A DNA stretch of 64,000 nt, from positions 39,258-103,257 of the IMG/VR virus record IMGVR_UViG_2595698621_000001; one strand, 5' to 3'. This document shows, piece after piece, positions 55,555-64,000 of the stretch (its first letter is position 1; each line of letters opens with the position of its first letter). The DNA comes from a virus. Taxonomy: Duplodnaviria > Caudoviricetes. The notes below the pieces were generated by a model, which saw only the letters and a program-made list of their open reading frames with translations, did no database searches and was not told the DNA's origin. Position numbers and translations under genes: made by a program.

Positions 55555-55982
55555 CGTACCTCGTCCTGAAAACAGACGCCTCGGTGCGGTATGGAGAGAT
55601 AATCGGCCTCGGGTATGCGCTCGAACGAGTGAACGAAGACGGGACACAGGAGGAGGTGTTGTTCAAAGAGTGCGAAGAGACGACGCTCAACGACACATCT
55701 GACGAGCAAAGAGTCATCAACGAAGCGGAGTATCTCGCTATCGTCTACGGTGTTCGTCGGACGCTCGACGAGATTCGAGACGATGAGAGCCTAGAGATTC
55801 GCTGTGACAACAACGAGGTAGTTCGGGCCGTCCAAGGACAGCGGACAGTCGGCACGTTCGAGGCTCAATCTGTCCATCAACTGCTGAGCGATGTAGATTG
55901 GAGAATCGAGCGTATGTCTCGCAGGTTCAACTCGGTCGCTGACTCGCTCTCGAAACAGGCGAGCCGCGACAAAGTGCGGTAG
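55551..55982 (+). CDS. rnhA: Ribonuclease HI-like protein
   Basis: TDAS, NEAEYLA, CDN, NSVADSLS. Confidence 0.82.
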   Translation: MTYLVLKTDASVRYGEIIGLGYALERVNEDGTQEEVLFKECEETTLNDTSDEQRVINEAEYLAIVYGVRRTLDEIRDDESLEIRCDNNEVVRAVQGQRTVGTFEAQSVHQLLSDVDWRIERMSRRFNSVADSLSKQASRDKVR

Positions 55983-55986
55983 AGGC

Positions 55987-56015
55987 ATATCCCATACTTT
56001 TATGGTACCGGGTCG
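55987..56015 (+). promoter_or_regulatory. Conserved viral promoter
   Basis: TATCCCATACTTTTATGGTACCGGGT. Confidence 0.6.
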
Positions 56016-56019
56016 CGTG

Positions 56020-56160
56020 AGTGTTGGGCAGTTTTTTCTCCGTAGGGTTTATATCCATCCTTTTGAATTTTGTCTCCGGGGCATAGGACCTGGCTACCCT
56101 CGAACCGCTTAGACTGCGTGTCTCTTGGTCTGAGAAAATACCGTAGAAACCGTTTACTTT
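56020..56160 (+). ncRNA. Candidate non-coding element, copy 2
   Basis: Homologous to 4690-4860 on the minus strand. Confidence 0.35.
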
Positions 56161-56223
56161 CACCACGGTGCGCACTTTTATCCTACCAGGTGTTGTACGA
56201 CGATACGCAGAGGTCGAAAAGAA

Positions 56224-57078
56224 ATGAGCTACGACGAACCCGAATCCGGCAAGAAGGCGATAGTGAAGTACGACCAGACGCCACGCGACTCTGACGACGA
56301 GCGCGTGGTTCACGCACGCGGTGAGGTTATGGGAATCCTCGACGAGCTCGTGGACGTTGACGACAACGGACGCACGTTGAAGCTCGACCTGGAGAACGAG
56401 ACGGTCACCATCATCCGTCGCCGCACGCCCGAGGGGCAAGAGGACGACAAGGTTGTCTACGACCTGGTCGACTTCGAGATGGAGTCGTTGGACAATCACC
56501 TCATCCGCGAAGACGAGTTGTACGACAACGCCGAAAAGTACACGGACGAGCTCGACGACGTGACGGGCGCCATCGCTCGTGCGAACGCCGCGCTCGGAAT
56601 CGTTCACCGCGAGAGCGACGCTGAGTTCGTCAGTCAGTACGACGCCTGGCACGCGGCAGACGTGTACGAGAACGGTCTGCAACAGCGCCTCGATGCTCAC
56701 AACGAGCAGGACTACGGCGAGGGCGACGACCGCGTGACCATCCGCTTCCCGAACGAGTCGCTCGCGTACATCTGGGTCGAGGAAATCTGTGGTCAAATCT
56801 CCGACGGCGCGTGGGAGAACAAGGTCAGCAATTGGCAGCAATACTACGGTGCCTACGTCGAGGTTGACGAGTCGCTGCGTAATGTCGAGGTCGATGGTTA
56901 CCTCCCGTCGCTCGACTTCAGCACCGAGTTGATGAAGTACGACGGCCTGCCTGGACGTATGATGTTCTACCTCATCGCTTCGGGCGTCAACGAGGACGTG
57001 GACCTCGGAGAGCTGCAAGAGATGGTCAGTATGCGCCTTCAGAACGGCATCGCTGGGTCGTCGGGGGCGGGTGCCTGA
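56224..57078 (+). CDS. Hypothetical acidic protein
   Basis: Strong codon bias; promoter ACTTTTATCCTACCAGGTGTTGTACG upstream. Confidence 0.8.
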   Translation: MSYDEPESGKKAIVKYDQTPRDSDDERVVHARGEVMGILDELVDVDDNGRTLKLDLENETVTIIRRRTPEGQEDDKVVYDLVDFEMESLDNHLIREDELYDNAEKYTDELDDVTGAIARANAALGIVHRESDAEFVSQYDAWHAADVYENGLQQRLDAHNEQDYGEGDDRVTIRFPNESLAYIWVEEICGQISDGAWENKVSNWQQYYGAYVEVDESLRNVEVDGYLPSLDFSTELMKYDGLPGRMMFYLIASGVNEDVDLGELQEMVSMRLQNGIAGSSGAGA

Positions 57079-57323
57079 TGTCCGAGGACGACGAGATGAT
57101 TCAGGAGAACAGCGTCGGTGAGATTCAGACGGCAACAATCGACCTCGCTGATGCTGTGGAGGAGGTTGAGCAGGCACTCGACACGCTCGGCGTTGACCGT
57201 CGAACCTCGATGCCACAGGACCAGAACTGTCTCGAGTATCGGATTCGTGACGCTCACGCGCTCCTGACCGGCGCGAAGAATCAACTCGCTGACGAAGCAG
57301 GCGAGGGGTACGACGACCTATGA
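57078..57323 (+). CDS. Hypothetical protein
   Basis: Coupled acidic ORF. Confidence 0.7.
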   Translation: MSEDDEMIQENSVGEIQTATIDLADAVEEVEQALDTLGVDRRTSMPQDQNCLEYRIRDAHALLTGAKNQLADEAGEGYDDL

Positions 57324-57544
57324 CCACCTCTCGGCTGCGTTCGTTCGTCTCGCGTCTGTCCGCGTCGCTGAGACGGTCGAAGCCGTGCGGGTGCGCGTAC
57401 CCGGCCTGTGTCGCGGAAGGCGTCATCCCTGAAGCGCGCCGGGTCAACGACGAAGTGCGGAACGATGGCGAGTATGTGATTGAGTACGAGTGCGCGGAGT
57501 GCGGTGAGCGGTTCGAGGTCGAGGAAGGCAAACTCCTCGGCTAA
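57320..57544 (+). CDS. Small zinc-finger protein
   Basis: YECAECGERF. Confidence 0.6.
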   Translation: MTTSRLRSFVSRLSASLRRSKPCGCAYPACVAEGVIPEARRVNDEVRNDGEYVIEYECAECGERFEVEEGKLLG

Positions 57545-57819
57545 GAACGCGCCTTTTTCTCGGACGAAGCAGTGAAGTTCGTAGACGTGTATATTCAGGC
57601 GTGGACGGGAGAATCGTCGCGGTGGCAATCGTACTAATCCTCGCCGGGAGCGTCGCTCTCGGCCCCACGACTCAGGCGCCGCCTGGTGATTGGGATGAGC
57701 GAACATAGCTCCGATGAAATAGTTTGAAATCCGGCGGGCGAGTCATCGTAGCTAAGATAGGTACTTTCTCTGGGTCGAGGTATTAACACCGTCTCATCGT
57801 CAACTGTAGGTCGCTGACG

Positions 57820-58194
57820 ATGGACTACCTGAAAAGAAACGAAGACGGTGCGTTCGTTGAGGTATCAGAGGATGAATTACGACACGAGCTGGCCGGACAA
57901 GCGCTGAAGTGTCTCTCCTGTCTGTTTCAGGGGCACGAGGTTGTCGGGTATGATGGCAGTACAGAATACACGCTCTCGTTCGACGACGACGACGAAGGAA
58001 ACTTCTGGCTACGTGCGACTGGAGAATCTCTCTCGTTCACTACCTCGTTCCGTTTCGTCGAGCGTTCGGGACGCGACTCGTATTTCCTGCTCGACACGCA
58101 GGACAACGTGGTGAAGACGGTTCAGGATATGGACGACGGCTTCGAGGCGATAGAGAACACACTGTACGGCCTCGCGCAGGGATACGATAAATGA
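57820..58194 (+). CDS. Hypothetical protein
   Basis: 124 aa, acidic; TATTAA upstream. Confidence 0.7.
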   Translation: MDYLKRNEDGAFVEVSEDELRHELAGQALKCLSCLFQGHEVVGYDGSTEYTLSFDDDDEGNFWLRATGESLSFTTSFRFVERSGRDSYFLLDTQDNVVKTVQDMDDGFEAIENTLYGLAQGYDK

Positions 58195-58364
58195 GCGAGA
58201 TACAGAATGACCCAATCGGCGCTGCCATCACCGTAACGTTTCTCGTCCTCGGCGGGTGTCTCGGTGGTGCGACAGCAATATTCGAGGGATACTCAGCGCC
58301 TGTCGCTGTCGCCTTCACACTCGGCGGCGCAGCGCTGTGTGGCTCGCTCGGGAGGTTCCTGTGA
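58191..58364 (+). CDS. Small two-TM membrane protein
   Basis: MSEIQNDPIGAAITVTFLVLGG...; overlaps both neighbours. Confidence 0.55.
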   Translation: MSEIQNDPIGAAITVTFLVLGGCLGGATAIFEGYSAPVAVAFTLGGAALCGSLGRFL

Positions 58365-58555
58365 CACGTCGAGAACTGCGTCTCAACTGTACGAAGTGCG
58401 GTGACTTCACGCACGCCTCGATAGGTTCGACGAAGAACGTCGTTGTCTGTGACGACTGCGGGAAACGTCACTCGCAGGACTCGCTACACTTCATCGACCT
58501 GGACAAAAACTACGAACGAGACGAGAGAGGTCAGCTCATCGAGGACTTGCCGTAA
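58361..58555 (+). CDS. Zinc-ribbon protein
   Basis: CTKCG...CDDCG. Confidence 0.65.
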   Translation: MTRRELRLNCTKCGDFTHASIGSTKNVVVCDDCGKRHSQDSLHFIDLDKNYERDERGQLIEDLP

Positions 58556-58557
58556 CT

Positions 58558-59034
58558 ATGGGACAGCGAACAAAAACGAAAGAGAAAATCGTTCAACGCG
58601 AACGAACCGAGACGCGAACAGAATCAGAGGTTGTCGAGGAAGAGGTTGTCGTCGCTGTGTGCGATTTCTGCGACCAGGAATATGAGGACCTCGACCCGAG
58701 CGACCTCAACACCATCCTCATCAATCCGACGACACCGCCTCGTGAGACGTCTGAGACGGTTCGCGTGCCGATGGAGGAAAACTTCAACAGGAAGGTCGAG
58801 ATGTATCGAGCGCTGATGGAGTGTCGGTCAATCACTACCCAGCGAAAGCGAGTGATGGACAGTGAACCGAATTTCTCCGAAGACCCGAACCACGTCCCAA
58901 CGTTCGACACGTTCGACGAGGACCTCCGCTCTGACGTGATAGCATACGAGTTTACTATACACGTCCCGACGAGGCAGAGAGCAGAGGCAGAACTCGAAGT
59001 GTGCGACCACTGCAAGGAGGCGTTTCAAGAATGA
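58558..59034 (+). CDS. Hypothetical protein with a CDFC...CDHC pair
   Basis: 158 aa. Confidence 0.7.
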   Translation: MGQRTKTKEKIVQRERTETRTESEVVEEEVVVAVCDFCDQEYEDLDPSDLNTILINPTTPPRETSETVRVPMEENFNRKVEMYRALMECRSITTQRKRVMDSEPNFSEDPNHVPTFDTFDEDLRSDVIAYEFTIHVPTRQRAEAELEVCDHCKEAFQE

Positions 59035-59270
59035 GTGAGTCGAGGTACGAGCGCGTTCCCGTGTACGAGGACTTCTACAGACACGTACTTCAGCGTCTGT
59101 TCCTGTTTCTCGCGTGTCGTCCGGTCGTGCGCCGATTCCTCACTAACATCCGACACTGGACACGTCGAGACGTTCAAACGTCAGAGCGACCTGTCTCTCG
59201 CGTCTACGAAGGCGGGGGTAAGTGGGTTCGGTACGACGGTGACCTCGTTGACGCAGAGGAGGAACGATGA
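59031..59270 (+). CDS. Hypothetical protein
   Basis: ATGA overlaps on both sides. Confidence 0.55.
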   Translation: MSESRYERVPVYEDFYRHVLQRLFLFLACRPVVRRFLTNIRHWTRRDVQTSERPVSRVYEGGGKWVRYDGDLVDAEEER

Positions 59271-59809
59271 ACATAGAAGACAAGATTCAACAGAGTGAGC
59301 GGGATTTCCGCGAAGAAGTCCTGCCTGAGATTCGTGACTGGTTCCCCGATGAGGGTGAGATAATCGCTGTGGAGGGCAACGCCACAGACAGGATGAGAAA
59401 GATGCTCGATATGCACGCGGGGGTAGACGCCTTCGTCGTTCGTCCTGGCATCGGCGTTCGCGGGATAGCGAACCGCGTGAGGTACGGGAACCGCTATCGT
59501 CGGACCTTCACCATCTCTGCACCTGACGAGAACGCGAACCATCCATCTGCGTTCGAGAAGCGGGTGACAGCGGTTCAGTCGGACTACGTAATGCCGTACT
59601 GGATGGTGACTGCATTCTTCGACGAAAGAGGCGGAGAACTCCTGCGTGTCGGTATGTGCAAGGTCAAGGACCTCATCAGTCAAATCTCGCACGGGACAAA
59701 AGGACGCGACTACGTCCTGAAGACGCCACGCGGACGACGAAACTTCTACTCGGTCGAGTGGAATATGATGAGCCCAGACGACGTGCAGATTCGTGAGTTC
59801 GACGTATGA
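59267..59809 (+). CDS. Hypothetical protein, possibly restriction-endonuclease-like fold
   Basis: LDMHAGVDAF...IANRVR...TFTI...EKR. Confidence 0.6.
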   Translation: MNIEDKIQQSERDFREEVLPEIRDWFPDEGEIIAVEGNATDRMRKMLDMHAGVDAFVVRPGIGVRGIANRVRYGNRYRRTFTISAPDENANHPSAFEKRVTAVQSDYVMPYWMVTAFFDERGGELLRVGMCKVKDLISQISHGTKGRDYVLKTPRGRRNFYSVEWNMMSPDDVQIREFDV

Positions 59810-60009
59810 AGAAGCGTCCGAAGCCGAACGTTCGTCTCGCTGAGGACGACGCTCTCTTTCTGCTGTTGTACGTGCCTGAGGTCGTTTTCGTACTAATCGG
59901 CGGCAAAAACTTCGTGACTATCGTCGGTGCCTACCTGATAATTCTCGTCTGCGTCGTCAACGCGCTACTCGTCGGACGACACTGGAAAAGACACGGACGC
60001 TACTCCTGA
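59806..60009 (+). CDS. Small membrane protein
   Basis: Two hydrophobic segments. Confidence 0.55.
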   Translation: MKKRPKPNVRLAEDDALFLLLYVPEVVFVLIGGKNFVTIVGAYLIILVCVVNALLVGRHWKRHGRYS

Positions 60010-60650
60010 GCGAAGAACGTGTTTACCTTCGGAGGTTGATACTCCTCGTCCAAGTGGAATCTCGTTGATTCAGCACCTCTGTCTCCCTGATACTTGCCAG
60101 TGTACGGGTCAGACGCTTTCTCAGGCAGCTCGTGCAGTGCGATTTGGCAGAAGCGGTCGCCTTCTCGCAACTTGATTGGAGTCTGCGTCAGGTTTGAGAG
60201 CTCGAGCGTAATCTGTCCCTCGTACCCAGGGTCGATGTACCCACCGAGGTGTGGGTTCACACCGACACGAGCCCACGACGAGCGTCCGTGAACTACGCCG
60301 ACAACGTTGTCTGGAATCGAGACGACCTCCTTCGTATGTCCGAGAACGAAGTCATCAGGACCGAGCATAAAGTGCCCGCCCTCGCCTACCATCTCTACTT
60401 CCTCGTCGATGGTATCGGGTTTCCTCGGGTCGTAGTGCGCAGGTTCGACGTCTGAGAACGGAATCTTGCTGAGTGTCCACTTCTTCGCACGTTCCCACGC
60501 AGTAGGAGGTTTGAGCGTGCGAAACTCCTGTCCGAGACGTAGGTCGTAACTCGCAGGCTGGAGATTCGTTTCGTTGTACGGGTAGAAGCAGAGGTCTTCT
60601 TCCTGGTAATGATGTCTTTGGGCGATTTTATGGTCGGGCAGCGCCATCAT
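60000..60650 (-). CDS. dcd: dCTP deaminase
   Basis: LQPASYDLRLG, GRSSWARVG, IDPGYEGQITLE, YTGKYQG. Confidence 0.92.
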   Translation of the reverse strand: MMALPDHKIAQRHHYQEEDLCFYPYNETNLQPASYDLRLGQEFRTLKPPTAWERAKKWTLSKIPFSDVEPAHYDPRKPDTIDEEVEMVGEGGHFMLGPDDFVLGHTKEVVSIPDNVVGVVHGRSSWARVGVNPHLGGYIDPGYEGQITLELSNLTQTPIKLREGDRFCQIALHELPEKASDPYTGKYQGDRGAESTRFHLDEEYQPPKVNTFFAQE

Positions 60651-60747
60651 TAGAAACGACGACTGAGAGTGTGAAAAATCACTGGAGCGAGACACGACGT
60701 GAATCTGGGACAGCAAGAATATTACCGTCTCTCGTGTACGCTCGTGT

Positions 60748-62993
60748 ATGCAGGAAGTAACGCTGACAGTCGACAAAGAGACGTGGGAGGCGCTTCGTCA
60801 AGAAGCAGGCTTTGACACGTCTCAAACGTGGACGTCTGAACGAGAGACGCGGTTCTGGGATTGGTGGGTGTCGTATGCCTGATGCCCTCGAGGAAGGCAC
60901 GAGAGGCACGTTCACCGTCGAGATGAGCGAGTATCTTTACTGGCACAAGTTCGCGTCGTTCAGGTTCTGGGATGAGTGGGAGGCGTCGGAACGATGAACG
61001 GGCGTCTCCTAACTGCTCTCGAGAAACAGGACGGCGACGCGACACAACTTAATCAGGAGTGGCACACCCTGCGCGAGGTGAACCGTGCGCGGCACCAACC
61101 TCGATTCTGGGACTGGTACACGGAGGAGAGGGTATGAACGAGGACTGGAAAAGCGTCGCGTATGAGCGTATCGACGTGCCTGACTACTATCTTCCTGCGA
61201 CTGTCGCCGGAGGTCGTTCAGATGAAGTATTCGACGGAGTGACCGAGATGAAGGCGCCCATCGGCACGAGAGATATGCTCGCCGGTGCGTGGTACGGTCA
61301 TCGTCGAGAGCGATTCTGGAGTGCGTGGGAGGCAGACGACTACGTGAGGCACCAACTATGATGACTTATTACTGCCCGGCGTGTCGAGATTCGCTTCGTC
61401 TCGGTCACATACACGCGAAACAGAAGGCAGCGGAACATATGATGGAGCACGACGAGGACGTACAGGACCTCATCACTATGTCGCCGAAGTCGTGGTTGAC
61501 CGAACGCCTCAGACACGAGAGATACTGGGACGAGAGGTGGGCAGATGACGATTAACGACGTGACAGTGTACGACAACGTCTACAAGACAGGAAGTCGTGA
61601 AGTCGCAGGCAAAGTCGCTCGCTCGACTGTGAGCGCATACGAGTTCTGGGACGACGAACGACGAGATGAGTTCTGGACGTGGAGGCTACGATGGTGACGG
61701 CGAACGATACCTACAGTCTCTATTACTGTCGTCAGTGCGTTCGCTTGTACCGAGCAGGGTCGTCGCGGATGTTCGAGGACGACCATATGGCGACGGAACA
61801 CCCGGGGTTCCCAGGCAGTTGGGACCACTTCGAGTACGAGATGAAGGACGCCCAAGAGCGATTCTGGGACGCATACGGCGACAGGAGGTGGCGTAGAGAT
61901 GGAGCGTAGGTCGTTCGTCGATGAAGTGAACGAGCCCGAGACGCCCAACGCTCTCGCTGAACTAATGCAGCAGCGGAGTCGTGAGAACATCTTGATAGCG
62001 TGGACACAACGAGAGTACGGATTCTGGACGGAGTGGTTCGACGATGCCGAGTAAGCTGACGCGCTCAGGCGCACGTTTCCTCGCTACGCAGGAAGAACAG
62101 GCGAGGCACGCACTATGGACGGTCGGATTCGAGCCTCGGGACACAACGCGACGACAAGAGTTCTGGAGGTGGCGCCTCGATGGGTAACGCTGACCGTCTC
62201 CCGCCCGAAGACACGTTCCCAGACGGGTTCATCACCGACACGTATGAGATTTGCGCAGACGCCGACGGGTTCGGCGAGATGCTTCCTCGTCACTCGTCAC
62301 TCGGCGATTGGAACACCGAGTATGAGATACACTCAGCGGCCCAGCCCGGCAGCGTCCTCACGCAATATATGATGCTTCTGTGGAGTATGCACGAGGGCGA
62401 TTTCTGGGACTGGAGGTGCGACGATGGTGTTTAAGCACGACTACGCCTGCTGGGACTGCGTAGAATTATGCAACGACTGGTCATCTCACGAGCGAGAGGC
62501 GCACGCGGCGGCGTCGTTCACTCCGACGGTGATTCCTCGCGCAGAATTCGAGGCACGACTCGACAAACACAGAGAGATATTCTTCACGAGGTACATCAAC
62601 GATGAGCGATGAAGGATGGCGTCGAGAATACGGCGATACATACCTCGCCGCTATGTGGGAGAAAGAGTGGGTCGCTGTCGTACACTCGACTCGTCACGAA
62701 CAGTTCTGGAGGTGGTTCGTCGATGAGCGCTGCTGAGTTGTGGGAAGAACACGCCGACGAGATAGACGAGATACGCCTGACTCCCTGGGACGATGGTCTC
62801 AGCACGTCGTTCTGGGACAGGAGGCTCGACGATGAAAGACGAGAATGAGAGAGTCGAGTTCACGTATGGGGGATTCCCGACGATGTACGGCACCCTGTTG
62901 TGGCACTGGGAAGAGAGGCCCTGGCAATCAGTTGTCTCTCCGCGTGACGAACGATTCTGGGACGCACGTCTCACGTCGTCTAGGGAGATATAA
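60748..62993 (+). other. Tandem array of 14 overlapping micro-ORFs sharing a C-terminal FW(D/T/R) motif
   Basis: 60748-60882, 60875-60997, 60994-61137, 61134-61361, 61358-61555, 61545-61697, 61691-61909, 61899-62054, 62044-62187, 62180-62434, 62424-62612, 62602-62736, 62723-62848, 62832-62993; each start overlaps the previous stop. Confidence 0.85.
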
Positions 62994-63380
62994 AAGGTAT
63001 AAAATATCTGCCGCACACAGGGGCGTCTCTGACGTTTCGCTGCCTGCCCGTGTCATCCGTCGCCTCTCATCGTCGAACGACAGCACACCATCGTCTCTTT
63101 CGTCTCTGCGTACAGCACACCACAGGCACATCCACAGCACCACAGACAGGGACATAATCAGGTACATACAGAACAACGACAATAGCACAACGGGAACCGT
63201 GAGACATACGAGAACAGGCAAAGCAAGAGAGAACCGGGGTCATACGAGGGTGAGAACATAACTCTCTTACTCTCTGCGTCGGTGTCGCGTCGTCTATGCA
63301 GGAATCCTACTCTGTGTTCCCTACGCCTGTGTGCGTGGCCACGGAAGTATTAATGCTCAAAATACTCGATGTAATACCGT

Positions 63381-63725
63381 ATGCCCGACAAAGATAATTC
63401 GTCGTTGTACCTGGAGCAGAAGGTCGCACGTACAGCAACACAGCAGACTGACTACGCTTCTCTGTCTATGCTCGTAAACGCGCTTCTCGCTGGGTATCTC
63501 GAAGGCAAATATGACCCCTGGGACGACTTCGACGCTGAGAACGGATGGGGCAACTCTCCGCGTCATACGTGGGAAGAAGTCGAAGCGTTCATAGAGCAGA
63601 ATGAGGTGTCTCTGCCTGCTGATGAGGGATATGTAGGCGAGCGATTTGACGATATGGAGAAACGAATTGACAGACTCGAACGTATCGTAGAAACAGAGAC
63701 AGGCGTACCGCCTAGCCAGTATTAG
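63381..63725 (+). CDS. Putative RHH-like regulator with a C-terminal coiled coil
   Basis: SSLYLEQKV...SLSMLVNALLAGYL; TATTAA upstream. Confidence 0.55.
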   Translation: MPDKDNSSLYLEQKVARTATQQTDYASLSMLVNALLAGYLEGKYDPWDDFDAENGWGNSPRHTWEEVEAFIEQNEVSLPADEGYVGERFDDMEKRIDRLERIVETETGVPPSQY

Positions 63726-64000
63726 CAGTTGAACGTACTGTCTCTAATACTATCTGAGCTGTACGTCTCTACGTATCTCTCTGTGCTCTCTGTACGATTC
63801 TCAATTCTTCTGTCTGTGCATATATGCGTAGGGCATACGCCTCTCAGCACACAGAGGTACCGATGCTCACGCTCATACACAGCAGGATGAGGACGTCTCG
63901 ATAAGCAGCCGGAGGGCACCGGAGAGGCACGGAGACGCGGAGACGAACGCGAGGACGAGACCCTTCTATTCCGAAACGACCGGGCTCAGATATGTTGGAA

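Noticed and set aside
60748-62993. CRISPR array or DGR-like repeats
   Set aside because: The shared DNA core is only 6-9 nt, spacing is irregular, the core is always in the Phe-Trp frame, and no cas or reverse-transcriptase gene is present
62928-63221. Hydrophobic minus-strand 97-aa ORF
   Set aside because: TTG start, non-halophilic composition, derived from a low-complexity tract and overlapping the last array gene
1-64000. Integrase, IS elements, rRNA or tRNA genes
   Set aside because: None recognisable in this window

Overview
This window is most of a haloarchaeal tailed-virus genome. The evidence is the acidic proteome, high GC, archaeal-type replication genes and an HK97-type head with a long non-contractile-type tail module. 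Layout: (i) 1-3.4 kb, a 7-deazaguanine cluster (queE start, queD, queC, queF) with an HNH element inserted at queE. (ii) 5.8-21 kb, replication and recombination genes: RFC-L/S, GNAT, PolB, HNH, Cas4-like nuclease, Tmk, primase, PCNA-like clamp, AAA ATPase, RPA-like protein and RadA. (iii) 21.6-54.4 kb, packaging, head and tail. Three large modular toxin-like proteins (HEXXH peptidase, zeta-like kinase, two ART-like domains) surround MuF, and a poly-gamma-glutamate-hydrolase-like protein sits in the tail module. (iv) 55-64 kb, accessory genes (RNase H, dCTP deaminase) and a tandem array of 14 overlapping micro-ORFs with unrelated N-termini and a shared C-terminal FW(D/T/R) motif, which is the best candidate for an undescribed system. 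Other highlights: a shared C-terminal putative clamp-binding motif that would put the GNAT on the replisome, a 39-aa ORF nested directly after the zeta domain, and a duplicated promoter-driven non-coding element. All calls come from manual motif reading; no searches were run.
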